Shown here one piece after another: positions 1 to 9,807 of a stretch of DNA of 64,000 nucleotides. Numbering within the stretch: the stretch's first letter is position 1; each line of letters begins with the position of its first letter. The position numbers and the translations under genes are program-made. A model generated the notes under the pieces. It was not told the origin of the DNA and searched no databases. It worked only from the letters and a program-made list of their open reading frames with translations. Source of the stretch: Polyangiaceae bacterium (GTDB taxonomy: Bacteria > Myxococcota_A > Polyangia > Polyangiales > Polyangiaceae); contig CBDCTZ010000016.1 of NCBI GenBank assembly GCA_965222375.1, positions 32,001 through 96,000 on the forward strand. Direction: 5' to 3'.

Positions 1-1044
1 CAGCACGTCGCTGTCGCGAATGGTTGCCAACACACGCTCGGCCAGCTCGACGCTCATGGCGTCGGGACTGTCCGGGTCGTCCAGATTCAACGTCAGCAGA
101 GAGAAGCGACGCTGGTGCCGGCGAGACTTGTCTATCTCGCGACCCGCGACATCCACGAAGTACGCGAAGGTGTACGCACTCGAACCCGGGTCCTTGATCG
201 CTCCGCGCATGGCCTGCTCACGGGCCGAAACCAGGCACAATGCGGCGGCAGCCTGAGCGCGCACGAGATCGATCAGTGGCCCCCGATGGGCACCGTGCCA
301 CTCGAGCCCGGCGTGAAGCAGTAGCCCCATGGCCTCCGAGCCCAATTCCAACCGCGCTATGTCGAGCTTGTTCTCGGCAGCAAAGGCCATGATGCCTAGC
401 TCGTCAGACACGGCGGGCGCCTGCTCCATCCCGGTCTCACTGATGCGCAGCAACTCCCGGGAGCGATCCGATGCGGTCACGAAAACAGCAGCCACCCGAG
501 CGCCGAGTTTCTCGCGCATCACGCGGATCACCTCGTCGGCTATCGCCCTTCGCCCACTCAGCGCTCCCAGGCCAGCTAATTCCCTGGCCAGCTCGCTTTC
601 GAGGCGGGAGGCACGGCTCTCGTTTTCCAACCGATCCCTGAGCTCGAGTTCCGCGCGATGAGAGCGCGCCTGGCCAACAGCGGACAGTATTTCATCCCCA
701 GCCGGCGGAGCGAGCACGATGGCATTGGCGCCGAGAGAGAGGGCCTGCGCGCCGAGCTCGATCCCGGACGGCGGCACCATGGCAACCACGCGGGCGTTTC
801 GGGTTGCTGCCTTCAGGTGATGGATCAGCGCCACCCCTGCGCCCCCGCCTAGACTCACATCGACAAAAACGACCTCCGGGAACTCGGCTTGGGCGCGCTC
901 TAGCGCTTCGTCCAGGTCCTCGGAGAAGGTCGGTGCCTCGACGTGGGTCCGCAGCGAACTGCGAAAGACATCCACGGTGTCTTGATCGCTGGTCACGACC
1001 AGCACGCCGCGTGCCGAGGGTGGGGCGTGGTCCGGGTCCGTCAC
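1..1044 (-). CDS. Receiver domain + GAF-like + degenerate GGDEF-like protein (3' end beyond window)
   Basis: Not in ORF track; my translation from GTG 1044 (overlapping dapF stop) is open to base 1: GVLVVTSDQD..PEVVFVDVSLGGGAG (REC), then IKDPGSSAYTFAYF..REIDKSRRHQRRFSLLTLNLD..IRDSDVL (GGDEF-like N-terminal half). Confidence 0.75.
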   Translation of the reverse strand, partial: MTDPDHAPPSARGVLVVTSDQDTVDVFRSSLRTHVEAPTFSEDLDEALERAQAEFPEVVFVDVSLGGGAGVALIHHLKAATRNARVVAMVPPSGIELGAQALSLGANAIVLAPPAGDEILSAVGQARSHRAELELRDRLENESRASRLESELARELAGLGALSGRRAIADEVIRVMREKLGARVAAVFVTASDRSRELLRISETGMEQAPAVSDELGIMAFAAENKLDIARLELGSEAMGLLLHAGLEWHGAHRGPLIDLVRAQAAAALCLVSAREQAMRGAIKDPGSSAYTFAYFVDVAGREIDKSRRHQRRFSLLTLNLDDPDSPDAMSVELAERVLATIRDSDVL

Positions 1045-1838
1045 GGAACCTCCACCGAACCGCTGAAGACGTGGCGGGCTGGACCCCGCGCCTGGACCCG
1101 CAGGTCGCGGTTGACCCGAATTTCGAGGGGGCCGCCAGGGAGGTGGACGTCCATGGGCTGGTCGTACGCGGCGCGATCCGTGAGAACTGCGGCCACGCCC
1201 GTAGCCGCCGCGCCCGTGCCACATGCCAGCGTGCGGCCAACGCCGCGTTCCCAGACGATCAGATCGAAACTCCTTGGGCCCCGCTTGCTCGCGAACTCCA
1301 CGTTGCTGCCTTGGGGAAAAGCGCTCGATATCTGGGGCCCCCAGCGATCGATCTGCTCGATGCTTGGCAGCTCGCCGAAGCTGATCGCGTGGGGGTTGCC
1401 CATGGACACTCGGGACAGCGTGAGCTCTCGGTCCTGGAGCTTCGCCACGTAGTCCGTTTCTTGGCGCCCCTGACCGAGATCCGTCAGGACTTGCGCGAGC
1501 TGAGGCGTTTGCACGTCGACTTCGCAAGCCAGCGCCCCAGCTTCCGTATCCACGACGTAGCTGATCGAGGCTGCGGAGTCTCGTCGTGCGAGGTGGAGCG
1601 CGACGCAGCGCAGGCCATTGCCGCACATTTCCGGGCGTGAACCGTCAGCATTCAGAACCGTCATCGTCGCTCGCGCACCCGACGACTGCGGCGCGGTCAC
1701 CAGCAGCACGCCGTCTGCACCGACCCCAAAGTGGCGATCGCACAGGGCCTGGGCGTGCTCGTGCAGCTGGTCTGGGCGTGCCTCGATCACGATGAAATCG
1801 TTGCCGAGGCCTTCGTATTTCTCGAACTCGAAGCGCAC
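1041..1838 (-). CDS. dapF: Diaminopimelate epimerase
   Basis: FEKYEGLGNDF, EMCGNGLRC, SMGNPH, WERGVGRTLACGTG motifs. Confidence 0.97.
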   Translation of the reverse strand: MRFEFEKYEGLGNDFIVIEARPDQLHEHAQALCDRHFGVGADGVLLVTAPQSSGARATMTVLNADGSRPEMCGNGLRCVALHLARRDSAASISYVVDTEAGALACEVDVQTPQLAQVLTDLGQGRQETDYVAKLQDRELTLSRVSMGNPHAISFGELPSIEQIDRWGPQISSAFPQGSNVEFASKRGPRSFDLIVWERGVGRTLACGTGAAATGVAAVLTDRAAYDQPMDVHLPGGPLEIRVNRDLRVQARGPARHVFSGSVEVP

Positions 1839-1840
1839 GC

Positions 1841-2146
1841 TCAGGTTCCCTCTTCCAGAAGCTGAACGCGACTGGCGACTTCGCCCAGGGCCAAGCCCTC
1901 CAAGAACAGAACTTTGTTTCGCGAGGCGGCGCCGCCAGCGAGGCGGATAGCGCTCTTTCTCAGGGTCAGGAATCGCGCGACGGTGTTGACCAACTCCTGG
2001 TTCGCGGCGCCATCCACGGGGGGCGCCGCAACAGCAACCTCAAGCGCTCCGTCGCGCACGCCGAGCACCCGGCTCTTGGCGGCTCGGGCGGTCAAGTGGA
2101 GCCCACCGGGGCGCTGCGTCAGTAGCGTGGCGGTCACCAGAGACAT
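1841..2146 (-). CDS. DUF167/YggU-family protein
   Basis: LEVAVAAPPVDGAANQEL..GAASRNK; start at ATG 2146. Confidence 0.85.
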   Translation of the reverse strand: MSLVTATLLTQRPGGLHLTARAAKSRVLGVRDGALEVAVAAPPVDGAANQELVNTVARFLTLRKSAIRLAGGAASRNKVLFLEGLALGEVASRVQLLEEGT

Positions 2147-2212
2147 CTTATCGCCTCGGGCTGGTTTTGGGACGACTGGGTGCCATGCCGTTTTTCGGGC
2201 ATATTCCCCACC

Positions 2213-3784
2213 ATGCTGCCTTTGGTCATCAACGGATTCATGGCCACGGGCAAGTCCGCCGTAGGCCGTGCCGTCGCCCGCAAACTTGGGCGGCCGTTCT
2301 ATGACCTCGACGAGGTTGTGGAAGGGCAAGCGGGTTGCAGCATCGCTGAGCTGTTTCGGCGCGATGGAGAGGCGGGATTTCGACAAGCGGAACGCCACGA
2401 GCTGCTCCGCATCCTGAAAGAGGACGGCGCCGTCATTTCGGTGGGTGGCGGCGCGCTGCTGGATCGCGAATTCCGACTCGATGTCCTAGAGCGCGCGCAG
2501 GTGGTTTCGCTGGTGGCGAGTGCCGAAGAGGTGTGCCGACGGGTTGCCGGTGACGGGGGCCGTCCACTGTTGGGCGCCGCGCCAGAGCCCGAACGGGTTC
2601 GAGAGCTCTTGGAGCTGCGCAGGCCGACCTACGCTGAGTGCCACCGGCAGATCCAGACGGATGGGTGGAGCATTGACAAGGTGGTGGAGGAGACTTGCCA
2701 TGCCGTGCGGGTGCGCTCAGTTGCGGTGGCCTGTGGCGAGGACTCGTACGCCGTCGAGGTGGGGGCGGGCGTAGCGGAATCGCGGCTTCGCAAAGCTGCG
2801 CTGGCTTCGCGAAGCCACTGCTTGGTCTCGGACACGAACGTCCACCCTCTGTACGGCGATGATGCGGCGAGCTGGCTAGGTGAGCCCGCTTCGGTGTCTC
2901 GAATGATTCTTCCGGCTGGCGAGGAATCCAAGACCGTGGAAACCATGCAGCGGCTCTGGACCCAGGCCGCTGGACTCGGGCTGGACCGACGCACTCAGGT
3001 CATCTCCCTGGGAGGAGGGGTCGTGTCGGACATCGCCGGCTTCTTCGCAGCAACCTGGCTACGGGGCCTGCGCTGGGGCGTCGTCCCAACGTCCCTCTTG
3101 GCCATGGTGGACGCTTCCGTTGGCGGCAAGACCGCCGTGGATTTCCTCGACATGAAGAACGCCGTTGGCGCGTTTTGGCAACCGGGGTTCGTGGTCTGCG
3201 ATACGGCGTTTCTTGCCACGGAGGCTGCTCGCGGACTTCAGAGCGCGTTAGCCGAGGCGGTCAAGACCGCCCTGGTCGGCGATCCCGAACTGCTCGATCT
3301 GCTCGAGGCGCGGGCCGCCGCAGTCTTGTCGCGGGAGCCTCAACTCTTGGCGGACGTCGTGTATCGCTGCGTTGCGGTGAAAGCTCGAATCGTGAGTCGG
3401 GACCCACGAGAAGCGGGGCTCCGCGCCGTGCTGAACCTCGGCCACACGGTGGGCCACGCCCTCGAGGCCAAAACCGAGTTCAAGCGTTTCACCCACGGAG
3501 AAGCGGTCAGCCTCGGGCTGGTCTCCGCGCTGCGGGTCGGCCACGCTCTGGGCCGCACTCCCGCGGCTCTTCATCGACGCGTGCGACGAGTCCTAGCTGC
3601 CTTCGAGCTGCCGGTTGATGTCGATCCTAGCTTGCTTGAAGGGTCGCTCGCGTTTCTGCATCGTGACAAGAAGCGCGTTGGACCGAACATCCGTTTCGTG
3701 GTCGCGCACGATGTAGGAGATGTGCGTACGTCGGATCTGTCGCTGGATTCGCTTCGCGCCGCGTTGAGGAATGGCGGCGCTTAA
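2213..3784 (+). CDS. aroKB: Bifunctional shikimate kinase / 3-dehydroquinate synthase
   Basis: GFMATGKS P-loop, GEAGFR; GEESK, LGGGVVSD, DASVGGKT, LNLGHTVGHALE, HGEAV. Confidence 0.95.
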   Translation: MLPLVINGFMATGKSAVGRAVARKLGRPFYDLDEVVEGQAGCSIAELFRRDGEAGFRQAERHELLRILKEDGAVISVGGGALLDREFRLDVLERAQVVSLVASAEEVCRRVAGDGGRPLLGAAPEPERVRELLELRRPTYAECHRQIQTDGWSIDKVVEETCHAVRVRSVAVACGEDSYAVEVGAGVAESRLRKAALASRSHCLVSDTNVHPLYGDDAASWLGEPASVSRMILPAGEESKTVETMQRLWTQAAGLGLDRRTQVISLGGGVVSDIAGFFAATWLRGLRWGVVPTSLLAMVDASVGGKTAVDFLDMKNAVGAFWQPGFVVCDTAFLATEAARGLQSALAEAVKTALVGDPELLDLLEARAAAVLSREPQLLADVVYRCVAVKARIVSRDPREAGLRAVLNLGHTVGHALEAKTEFKRFTHGEAVSLGLVSALRVGHALGRTPAALHRRVRRVLAAFELPVDVDPSLLEGSLAFLHRDKKRVGPNIRFVVAHDVGDVRTSDLSLDSLRAALRNGGA

Positions 3785-3891
3785 TTAAGTGTCGTTTCGG
3801 CATCGCGGATTGTTGGCGTCCATCGGCGCGGGCCGATACACTTCTGTTTGCGCGTCGAGCTTTGGTTCGTTCGCGGAAGAGAGGACACCCA

Positions 3892-4599
3892 ATGCGACGG
3901 CTTATGAGAGGTCTTTTCCTGTTCGGGGCGCTCGGCGCGCTCAGTTCGTCAGGCTGCGCGGACAACGACAGTTCGCTATTCGTTCGCGCCGTGCTCAGGC
4001 TGGAGTCAGGCGAGTGCGTTGCCAAGCCGGACCCATCTTCGACCTTTTATTCCTCCGGGGTGATGGATCTCGCATTTCGAGACAGCTATTCAGCAGCGTT
4101 GCTGGTCGGTAATCAGCTCGTGCGACGAGGCTCCAAGGATCTGGTCCGTACCGAGACGTCGCGATTCGTGATGCGGGGCGCCGAGGTTCGGCTTCTCAAC
4201 GACCAGCAGTCTCTGATTCGTGAGTTCACCGTGCCCATTTCAGGCTTCGTCGACCCTGGGTCCGGGGATGAGCCCGGGTACGGTGTCAGCGGCGCCTTGC
4301 TGATTCCATCAGGCTTGGGCCTGGCTGCCGGATCCCGCGTGGTCGCCGATGTCCGGGTGTTCGGTGACACCCTCGGAGGCGAGGAGATCACGAGCGAGTC
4401 CCTCAGCTTCCCCATCACGGTGTGCGACGGCTGCCTCGTGAGTTACCCCATTGGCGCCGACGACCCGGCCCAGCCGGGTTATCAGTGCGTTGCGGGCACG
4501 GATGCGAGCGACCTGGATGCGCCCTGCCGAATCGGCCAAGATGAACCCGTGGACTGCCGTCTTTGCCGTAACCTGTCCATCTGCGTCAATCCGCCCTAA
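3892..4599 (+). CDS. Lipoprotein of unknown function, Cys-rich C-terminus
   Basis: Signal peptide ending SSSGC; GAGGA RBS upstream. Confidence 0.75.
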   Translation: MRRLMRGLFLFGALGALSSSGCADNDSSLFVRAVLRLESGECVAKPDPSSTFYSSGVMDLAFRDSYSAALLVGNQLVRRGSKDLVRTETSRFVMRGAEVRLLNDQQSLIREFTVPISGFVDPGSGDEPGYGVSGALLIPSGLGLAAGSRVVADVRVFGDTLGGEEITSESLSFPITVCDGCLVSYPIGADDPAQPGYQCVAGTDASDLDAPCRIGQDEPVDCRLCRNLSICVNPP

Positions 4600-4604
4600 T
4601 CCTC

Positions 4605-5183
4605 TTGGCCTTCCCACGCTGGCGCCACGGCGTCTTGGGCGCCGTGTTGTGCGCTGCGTTCGGCTTCGCTCCGGCGGCCGAGGCGAAGCCGCAATACAGC
4701 GCCGGGGTGGTTTCCGGAGTTTGCGGACGCGGATCCGACGGTTCCTTTTGGCAAGATACGTGCTGGTTCAATGGCCTTCGGGGTGAGCTCGTGTTGGGTA
4801 GGCAGCGCAGTTCGGACTTCGGCGCGGGCCCCTTTCTCGACCTCACCACAGCCGGGTTCGACGATGTCCGTTTGGGCGGCGGTCTGATTGGCGTGGCGCC
4901 TTTCAGCGACTCGCTGCCCCTGGCGCTTTCCCTCGGAGGCTACGCCCGGCGAGATCACGAGGAGTGGTTTCCCGGCGTTGCCGGCTGGTTGTTTCTGGGC
5001 AGCCGCAGCTTCAACTTCCACTCCAAGTACGGCATCGCCGCCGGCTTACTGGTCGGGTATCAGCGAGACATCGACGACCAAGCAAATGACGCGATCGTCA
5101 TCGCGCTTCAGCTAGACGCGCTGCTGCTGGCGATTCCGGGCATTTACGCTGTCTCCGCCATGCGCGGCAGGCCCGAAGAGTGA
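4605..5183 (+). CDS. Exported protein, possibly outer-membrane beta-strand type
   Basis: Signal peptide (APAAEA), alternating Gly/aromatic strands. Confidence 0.6.
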   Translation: MAFPRWRHGVLGAVLCAAFGFAPAAEAKPQYSAGVVSGVCGRGSDGSFWQDTCWFNGLRGELVLGRQRSSDFGAGPFLDLTTAGFDDVRLGGGLIGVAPFSDSLPLALSLGGYARRDHEEWFPGVAGWLFLGSRSFNFHSKYGIAAGLLVGYQRDIDDQANDAIVIALQLDALLLAIPGIYAVSAMRGRPEE

Positions 5184-5318
5184 GCCGCCCCACCTGCTTT
5201 TCCTCCTGCAGATCCCGCCCGCCGCCCGGGGTGGCGCGGCTCCTCGCTTATGGCCTAAGGAACGAACTGCCGAGGCCTGCGTGCTCGGGATGCCGGACGG
5301 GGTGCTCAGCTGCGTTCC

Positions 5319-5651
5319 TCAGGTCGCGCTTGGTTGATCCGATGGTGGCTCGGGAGAAGGTTCCTCGGTCTCGTCCAGTAGGGCGTCGATCCTCTGAAGC
5401 ACGCTCGTGAGCATCTGCTTGGACCGCGCTTCCACCTCCTGAGTGCGAGCGCGCGCCTTCTCCAAATCGTGCGCCAGGGCCATCGCAACCAGAAGCAGCG
5501 ACTGCGGCGCGAGAGCTCGGCCCGGTCCGGCAAGGTCCCGGAGCCGACTGTCAACGACCTCTGCGAGCCGTTGGAGTTCAGCTTCGTCCGTGCTGGCAAC
5601 CACTCGGTATGACTGGCCGCCAACCCGCAGCTCCACGGGAGCGCGATTCAT
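5319..5651 (-). CDS. zapA: Cell division protein ZapA
   Basis: VELRVGGQSYRV..LQRLAEVVDSRLRDL..LVAMALAHDL plus coiled coil. Confidence 0.88.
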   Translation of the reverse strand: MNRAPVELRVGGQSYRVVASTDEAELQRLAEVVDSRLRDLAGPGRALAPQSLLLVAMALAHDLEKARARTQEVEARSKQMLTSVLQRIDALLDETEEPSPEPPSDQPSAT

Positions 5652-5711
5652 CGTAGGCACGGTAACACCGACCAGCTCAGATGGAAATGGCGTACGCCGT
5701 AGGCTCGAACG

Positions 5712-6203
5712 CTATTCGAAGATCGCGGAGACGGCAGTGGGTGGTGGTTCTTTTTCGTACCGCCTCAAGATCGCCAACGCGCCTCCCGCTAGCGCGACGG
5801 CTCGAGCATCACGAATACCCGTAGACGCGAAAACTCGCTCTAACACCGTAGAAAAGGGCTCTTCCTTGCGATGGGCTGTGGACAACAACAGGGCACGTCG
5901 AATGCTGCTTTGGGTCGCGTAGCGGAGGGCTATCGCGGCGATTTCGCGCGCGCCGGAGATCCGTCGCAGGGTGTGTTCGAGAGCGGCACCCGCCTGATCA
6001 ATCGCGATTCGCCGCGCCGTGTCGAGGTCACGAAAGTGTTGATAGAAGGTGTTTCTTCCCACCCCCGCGGCAGCGCAGATGTCACGAACTGTCGTCTTGT
6101 CGCCGCGCGCGGCAACTGCGTGTGCGACCGCGTCGTTGAGGGCTCTGCGTTGTCGCGCCCAGCGTTCCGCCCTTGTAGCATGGCGGTCGTATTTGCCGCG
6201 CAT
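5712..6203 (-). CDS. TetR/AcrR-family transcriptional regulator
   Basis: TTVRDICAAAGVGRNTFYQHFRD helix-turn-helix; ATG 6203. Confidence 0.75.
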   Translation of the reverse strand: MRGKYDRHATRAERWARQRRALNDAVAHAVAARGDKTTVRDICAAAGVGRNTFYQHFRDLDTARRIAIDQAGAALEHTLRRISGAREIAAIALRYATQSSIRRALLLSTAHRKEEPFSTVLERVFASTGIRDARAVALAGGALAILRRYEKEPPPTAVSAIFE

Positions 6204-6310
6204 AAAAACTGCTGGATATTGTAACGGTTCATCATAAAAACTGTGTCGTTTTATTGAATGATGTAAGTATTTGAAATATTTGAGATTATTGTGCTTTGGT
6301 TTTTTCGTAG
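6201..6310. promoter_or_regulatory. AT-rich divergent promoter region with 11-bp direct repeat and IHF-like boxes
   Basis: CATAAAAACTG at 6201-6211 and 6233-6243; TAAGTATTTGAAA resembles IHF consensus; sharp AT enrichment. Confidence 0.45.
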
Positions 6311-6399
6311 GTGTGTATCGCCTTGACCTGGCGTGAAGTAGTCTTCTTTGCATCGAATCGAGGGATGTTCCGCGGCTTCGTCGTGCTACGAGTCTTGTC

Positions 6400-7515
6400 G
6401 TGTCGCTACGCGATTGGGTCGACTCAGAGTTGCGCAGGTTGGCGGAAGCAGAGTTGTTGCGGGTTTCCACACCCTCGAGTCAACGTGATGGGTTCATAGA
6501 TGCGTTCTCGAACGATTACTTCGGACTAGCTCGGGCGACCGTTTCACGTGCAACACTGCTCGGGCGTTCCCCGGGATCCGGAGCATCTCGCCTCATCTAC
6601 GGCACAAGCGCTGAACATGAGCGGCTCGAGTCCAACCTGGCCGATTGGGTCCACCTGCCCGCAGCACTTGTGTTCTCGAGCGGATACGCCGCCAACCTGG
6701 GCGTTCTGACGGCGCTTGCGGACCCGAACACCCTGATTGTGTCCGACGAACTCAACCACGCATCAATCATCGACGGCTGTCGCCTGGCCCGAGCGGAAGT
6801 CCGGGTTGTTCCCCACCTGGACGTAGCAGCCGTTGAAGCCGCGCTCGCCTCTGCAGCAAAGGACACGCGCTGCTTGGTCGCCACGGAGTCATACTTTTCG
6901 ATGGACGGCGACAGCCCCGACCTTGCGAGTCTGCGGGAGATCACCACGCGCCACGGAGCTGGCCTGATCGTGGACGAGGCCCATGCACTTGGCGTATTCG
7001 GCCCCGCAGGAGCGGGCCTCTGCGCCGCCGCAGGTATCACTCCCGACATCGTGATCGGGACCCTGGGCAAGGCCGTAGGAGTCCAGGGCGCCTTCGTCGC
7101 GAGCTCGGCGCCACTACGAACCCTACTCTGGAACCGAGCACGAAGCTTCGTCTTCTCCACTGCCACGTCGCCGGCCCTGTCCGCCCTCATCAACGCTAAC
7201 GTCGAAATCCTGCGCGAGGCACACGCCCAACGGGCAACCTTGCTTGAAAACGCCAGCCGCCTACGCACGGCGATGTCTGGGCTCGTCGCGGAGCCGATTC
7301 CCAACATCGGCCCGATCGTCCCCCTCAGAACCGGCAGCTGGAAACGGGCGAAGCAGTGCGAAGACGCACTGCGGGAACACGGCATCCTCTCCCGCGCCGT
7401 CCGCCCTCCAACGGTCCCAGCCGGAACCGACCGGGTGCGCCTGACGGCCCACGCCGATTGGGAACGCGACGTACCCGACCGGATCGCCGCAGCCCTACGC
7501 GGCGCCCTGGCGTAG
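6400..7515 (+). CDS. bioF: 8-amino-7-oxononanoate synthase
   Basis: FSNDYFGL, FSSGYAANLG, SDELNHASIIDG, DEAHALG, GTLGKA, AVRPPTVP. Confidence 0.93.
   Translation: MSLRDWVDSELRRLAEAELLRVSTPSSQRDGFIDAFSNDYFGLARATVSRATLLGRSPGSGASRLIYGTSAEHERLESNLADWVHLPAALVFSSGYAANLGVLTALADPNTLIVSDELNHASIIDGCRLARAEVRVVPHLDVAAVEAALASAAKDTRCLVATESYFSMDGDSPDLASLREITTRHGAGLIVDEAHALGVFGPAGAGLCAAAGITPDIVIGTLGKAVGVQGAFVASSAPLRTLLWNRARSFVFSTATSPALSALINANVEILREAHAQRATLLENASRLRTAMSGLVAEPIPNIGPIVPLRTGSWKRAKQCEDALREHGILSRAVRPPTVPAGTDRVRLTAHADWERDVPDRIAAALRGALA
6540..6555. other. parS-like palindrome inside bioF
   Basis: CGTTTCACGTGCAACA vs consensus TGTTTCACGTGAAACA (2 mismatches). Confidence 0.5.
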
Positions 7516-7750
7516 CACCAACCGGAAACGATGGAGCGCGCCTCACCGCCCGCACCGACTGGGAACGCCCCGTACTCGACCGGATCGCCGCAGCCCTACG
7601 AGGCGCCCTGGCATAGCACCAACCGGAAACGATTGAGCGCGCCTGACCGCCCGCACCGATTGCGAAACGACGTACCCGACCGGATCGCCGCAGCCCTGGG
7701 CGGCGCACCAACCGAAAACGACTGGGCTTAGCACTAACCGAAAACGAACA
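7421..7750 (+). repeat. Tandem degenerate 101-bp repeats of the bioF 3' end
   Basis: Units start at 7421 (coding), 7522, 7623, then partial units at 7712 and 7738; shared core GACCGGATCGCCGCAGCCCT. Confidence 0.9.
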
Positions 7751-8100
7751 GGCTACGGACCCCCGCCCTACTCCGCGCCGCCCCGCGATGGCGGCATCGT
7801 CCGATCCGCTGAGGCGCCCTAGCCCCAGGCGAAGAGCCTGGAACCGCCAAGCCGCGAAGGTCGCCTAGCCGTGCTTCCGAGCCGCCCGACAACCCGACGT
7901 CCTCGGAGCGGGGACCTCACTGTCGACAGACGCGCGGTCTTCTCGCCGTATCGAAAGGTGAACCGTCAAGCGTCACGCCCCTCGGGAAGGGGTGAACAAG
8001 GAGGAGCGTTATGCCTCCAACACACGACGCGCCAAAGCGCGACCCGGCGCGAGACTAGCGAGGAAGCGCCGACCCAGCGACGCGACCCAACCAACCCAAC

Positions 8101-8763
8101 CTAACGCACCGCGTCATTCGCTACCCGGCCCGATTCCAAACGAAGCACGCGAGCCTTCAAGTGAGCCGCCATTCCGGGCGTGTGATTGACCACGACGACC
8201 AACGCGCCTCTCGCAACCTCCGCCTGCAGGATCAGCTCCAAGCGCTCCGCGCTCGCCGGGTCCAACCCGGTGAATGGTTCGTCCAGCAACACGACCGATG
8301 GCTCATGAACCAAAGCGCGCGCCAATGCGATTCGCTGTTTTTGTCCACGAGATAACGAACCGAAGGGCCGACGCCCAAAGGCCTCCGCCCCGACTCGGGC
8401 GCAAACCCGCTCCCAGCTACCGGACACCTCACATCCGTACAGCCTGGCAGCCAGCTCGACGTTCTCTTGTCCGCTCAACTCCCGGTAGCAAAACCCCTCG
8501 TGGGCCACCCATCCGATCTGACCTCGAATTGCGGCCAGATCCTCGCCGAAGGGCGGATAGCTCACGGCGCCACGCGTGGGCTTCAACAACGTCCCGACCA
8601 CTGCCAATAGCGTGCTTTTCCCCGCCCCATTCGGCCCTTCGAGGAACACCAGGGAACCGGCCTCAAACTCTGTCGAAACCCCGCGGAGAGCGGCCGTTCC
8701 CCCGAACATCCGGGTGACACCCGTCACGACCACACGCTCGACACCCGCCACGCTCCGGCCCAT
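8101..8763 (-). CDS. ABC transporter ATP-binding protein, CcmA-like
   Basis: GPNGAGKS, LSRGQKQR, LLDEPFTGLD; short standalone NBD. Confidence 0.85.
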   Translation of the reverse strand: MGRSVAGVERVVVTGVTRMFGGTAALRGVSTEFEAGSLVFLEGPNGAGKSTLLAVVGTLLKPTRGAVSYPPFGEDLAAIRGQIGWVAHEGFCYRELSGQENVELAARLYGCEVSGSWERVCARVGAEAFGRRPFGSLSRGQKQRIALARALVHEPSVVLLDEPFTGLDPASAERLELILQAEVARGALVVVVNHTPGMAAHLKARVLRLESGRVANDAVR

Positions 8764-8827
8764 ACCACACGCTAACCCCCATCCCCGCCTTTTCCCCTTA
8801 CCGATTTGCCCCACACCACGTGCTACG

Positions 8828-9802
8828 ATGCCCACGATGACCTCATCCGCGGTCGCCATTAGCGGCGAGCGACTTGAGCGCCTCACAGAGCTCAAACAAG
8901 CAGTCGAACGCGCCCTCGAAGGAAAGCCCGCGGTGGTCGAGCTCGCCGTCGTTGCGCTGCTGTCCCGCGGACATGTCCTGATCGAGGACGTGCCGGGCGT
9001 GGGCAAGACAACCCTTGCACGCGCTTTGGCCCGGGCCATCGGCGGCGACATGAAGCGCGTGCAGTTCACGAGCGATCTTTTGCCGAGCGATGTCTTGGGC
9101 GTTTCGGTCTACGACCAACGCACCACCGAGTTTTCACTCCGCCAGGGGCCAATCTTTTCGAACCTGCTCTTGGCCGACGAGATCAACCGCGCCAGCCCCC
9201 GCACCCAGTCCGCTTTGCTGGAAGCGATGAACGACAACCAGGTCTCTATCGATGGCAAGACTCTGCCGTTGCCGGACCCCTTCTTCGTGGTTGCCACACA
9301 GAACCCCCAAGACTTCACTGGCACCTTCCCGCTGCCCGAGTCGCAACTCGACCGATTCATGTTGCGGCTACGCATCGGCTATCCTCCGCCCCACGTCGAG
9401 ACCCGCTTGATGATGGAGCCCGAGGGTGATCGAGTGGAGAAAGTCCCGACGGTCCTCGACCCCCAGTCCCTGGTGGAACTCCAGCGGGAGGTCGATCGCG
9501 TCAGCATGGACGCCGCTTTGGGCACCTACCTGCAAGCTCTGGTTACGGCGACGCGCTCGACGCCATCGTTGGCGCTGGGAGCTTCCACCCGTGCCGGCAT
9601 GAATCTGAGCCGCGCGTCTCGAGCTCGCGCCCTCCTTTCGGGGCGGCGCTACTGCATCGCCGACGACATTCACGACTTGGCCGTCCCCTTGCTCGCGCAC
9701 CGCGTACGCCTGGCCTCCCACGCGGAAGGCTACGTACCGTCACGCGAGGAAGCCGAGTCCGCCGTCCGGGACGTCATCGCGCGCGTCCCCGTACCGCTCT
9801 AA
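8828..9802 (+). CDS. MoxR-family AAA+ ATPase
   Basis: EDVPGVGKT, RVQFTSDLLPSD, DEINRASPRTQSALLEAM, FPLPESQLDRF. Confidence 0.95.
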   Translation: MPTMTSSAVAISGERLERLTELKQAVERALEGKPAVVELAVVALLSRGHVLIEDVPGVGKTTLARALARAIGGDMKRVQFTSDLLPSDVLGVSVYDQRTTEFSLRQGPIFSNLLLADEINRASPRTQSALLEAMNDNQVSIDGKTLPLPDPFFVVATQNPQDFTGTFPLPESQLDRFMLRLRIGYPPPHVETRLMMEPEGDRVEKVPTVLDPQSLVELQREVDRVSMDAALGTYLQALVTATRSTPSLALGASTRAGMNLSRASRARALLSGRRYCIADDIHDLAVPLLAHRVRLASHAEGYVPSREEAESAVRDVIARVPVPL

Positions 9803-9807
9803 GCGCC

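Noticed and set aside
804..1640. Long antisense or alternate-frame ORFs (e.g. 804..1640, 9799..10833, 42627..43880, 50833..51885)
   Set aside because: GC-rich shadow ORFs overlapping well-supported genes, with no recognisable motifs
7421..7750. CRISPR array
   Set aside because: Units are whole degenerate 101-bp copies of coding sequence without unique spacers; no cas genes
8010..8057. 15-codon ORF after an AAGGAGG
   Set aside because: Too short, with no supporting features
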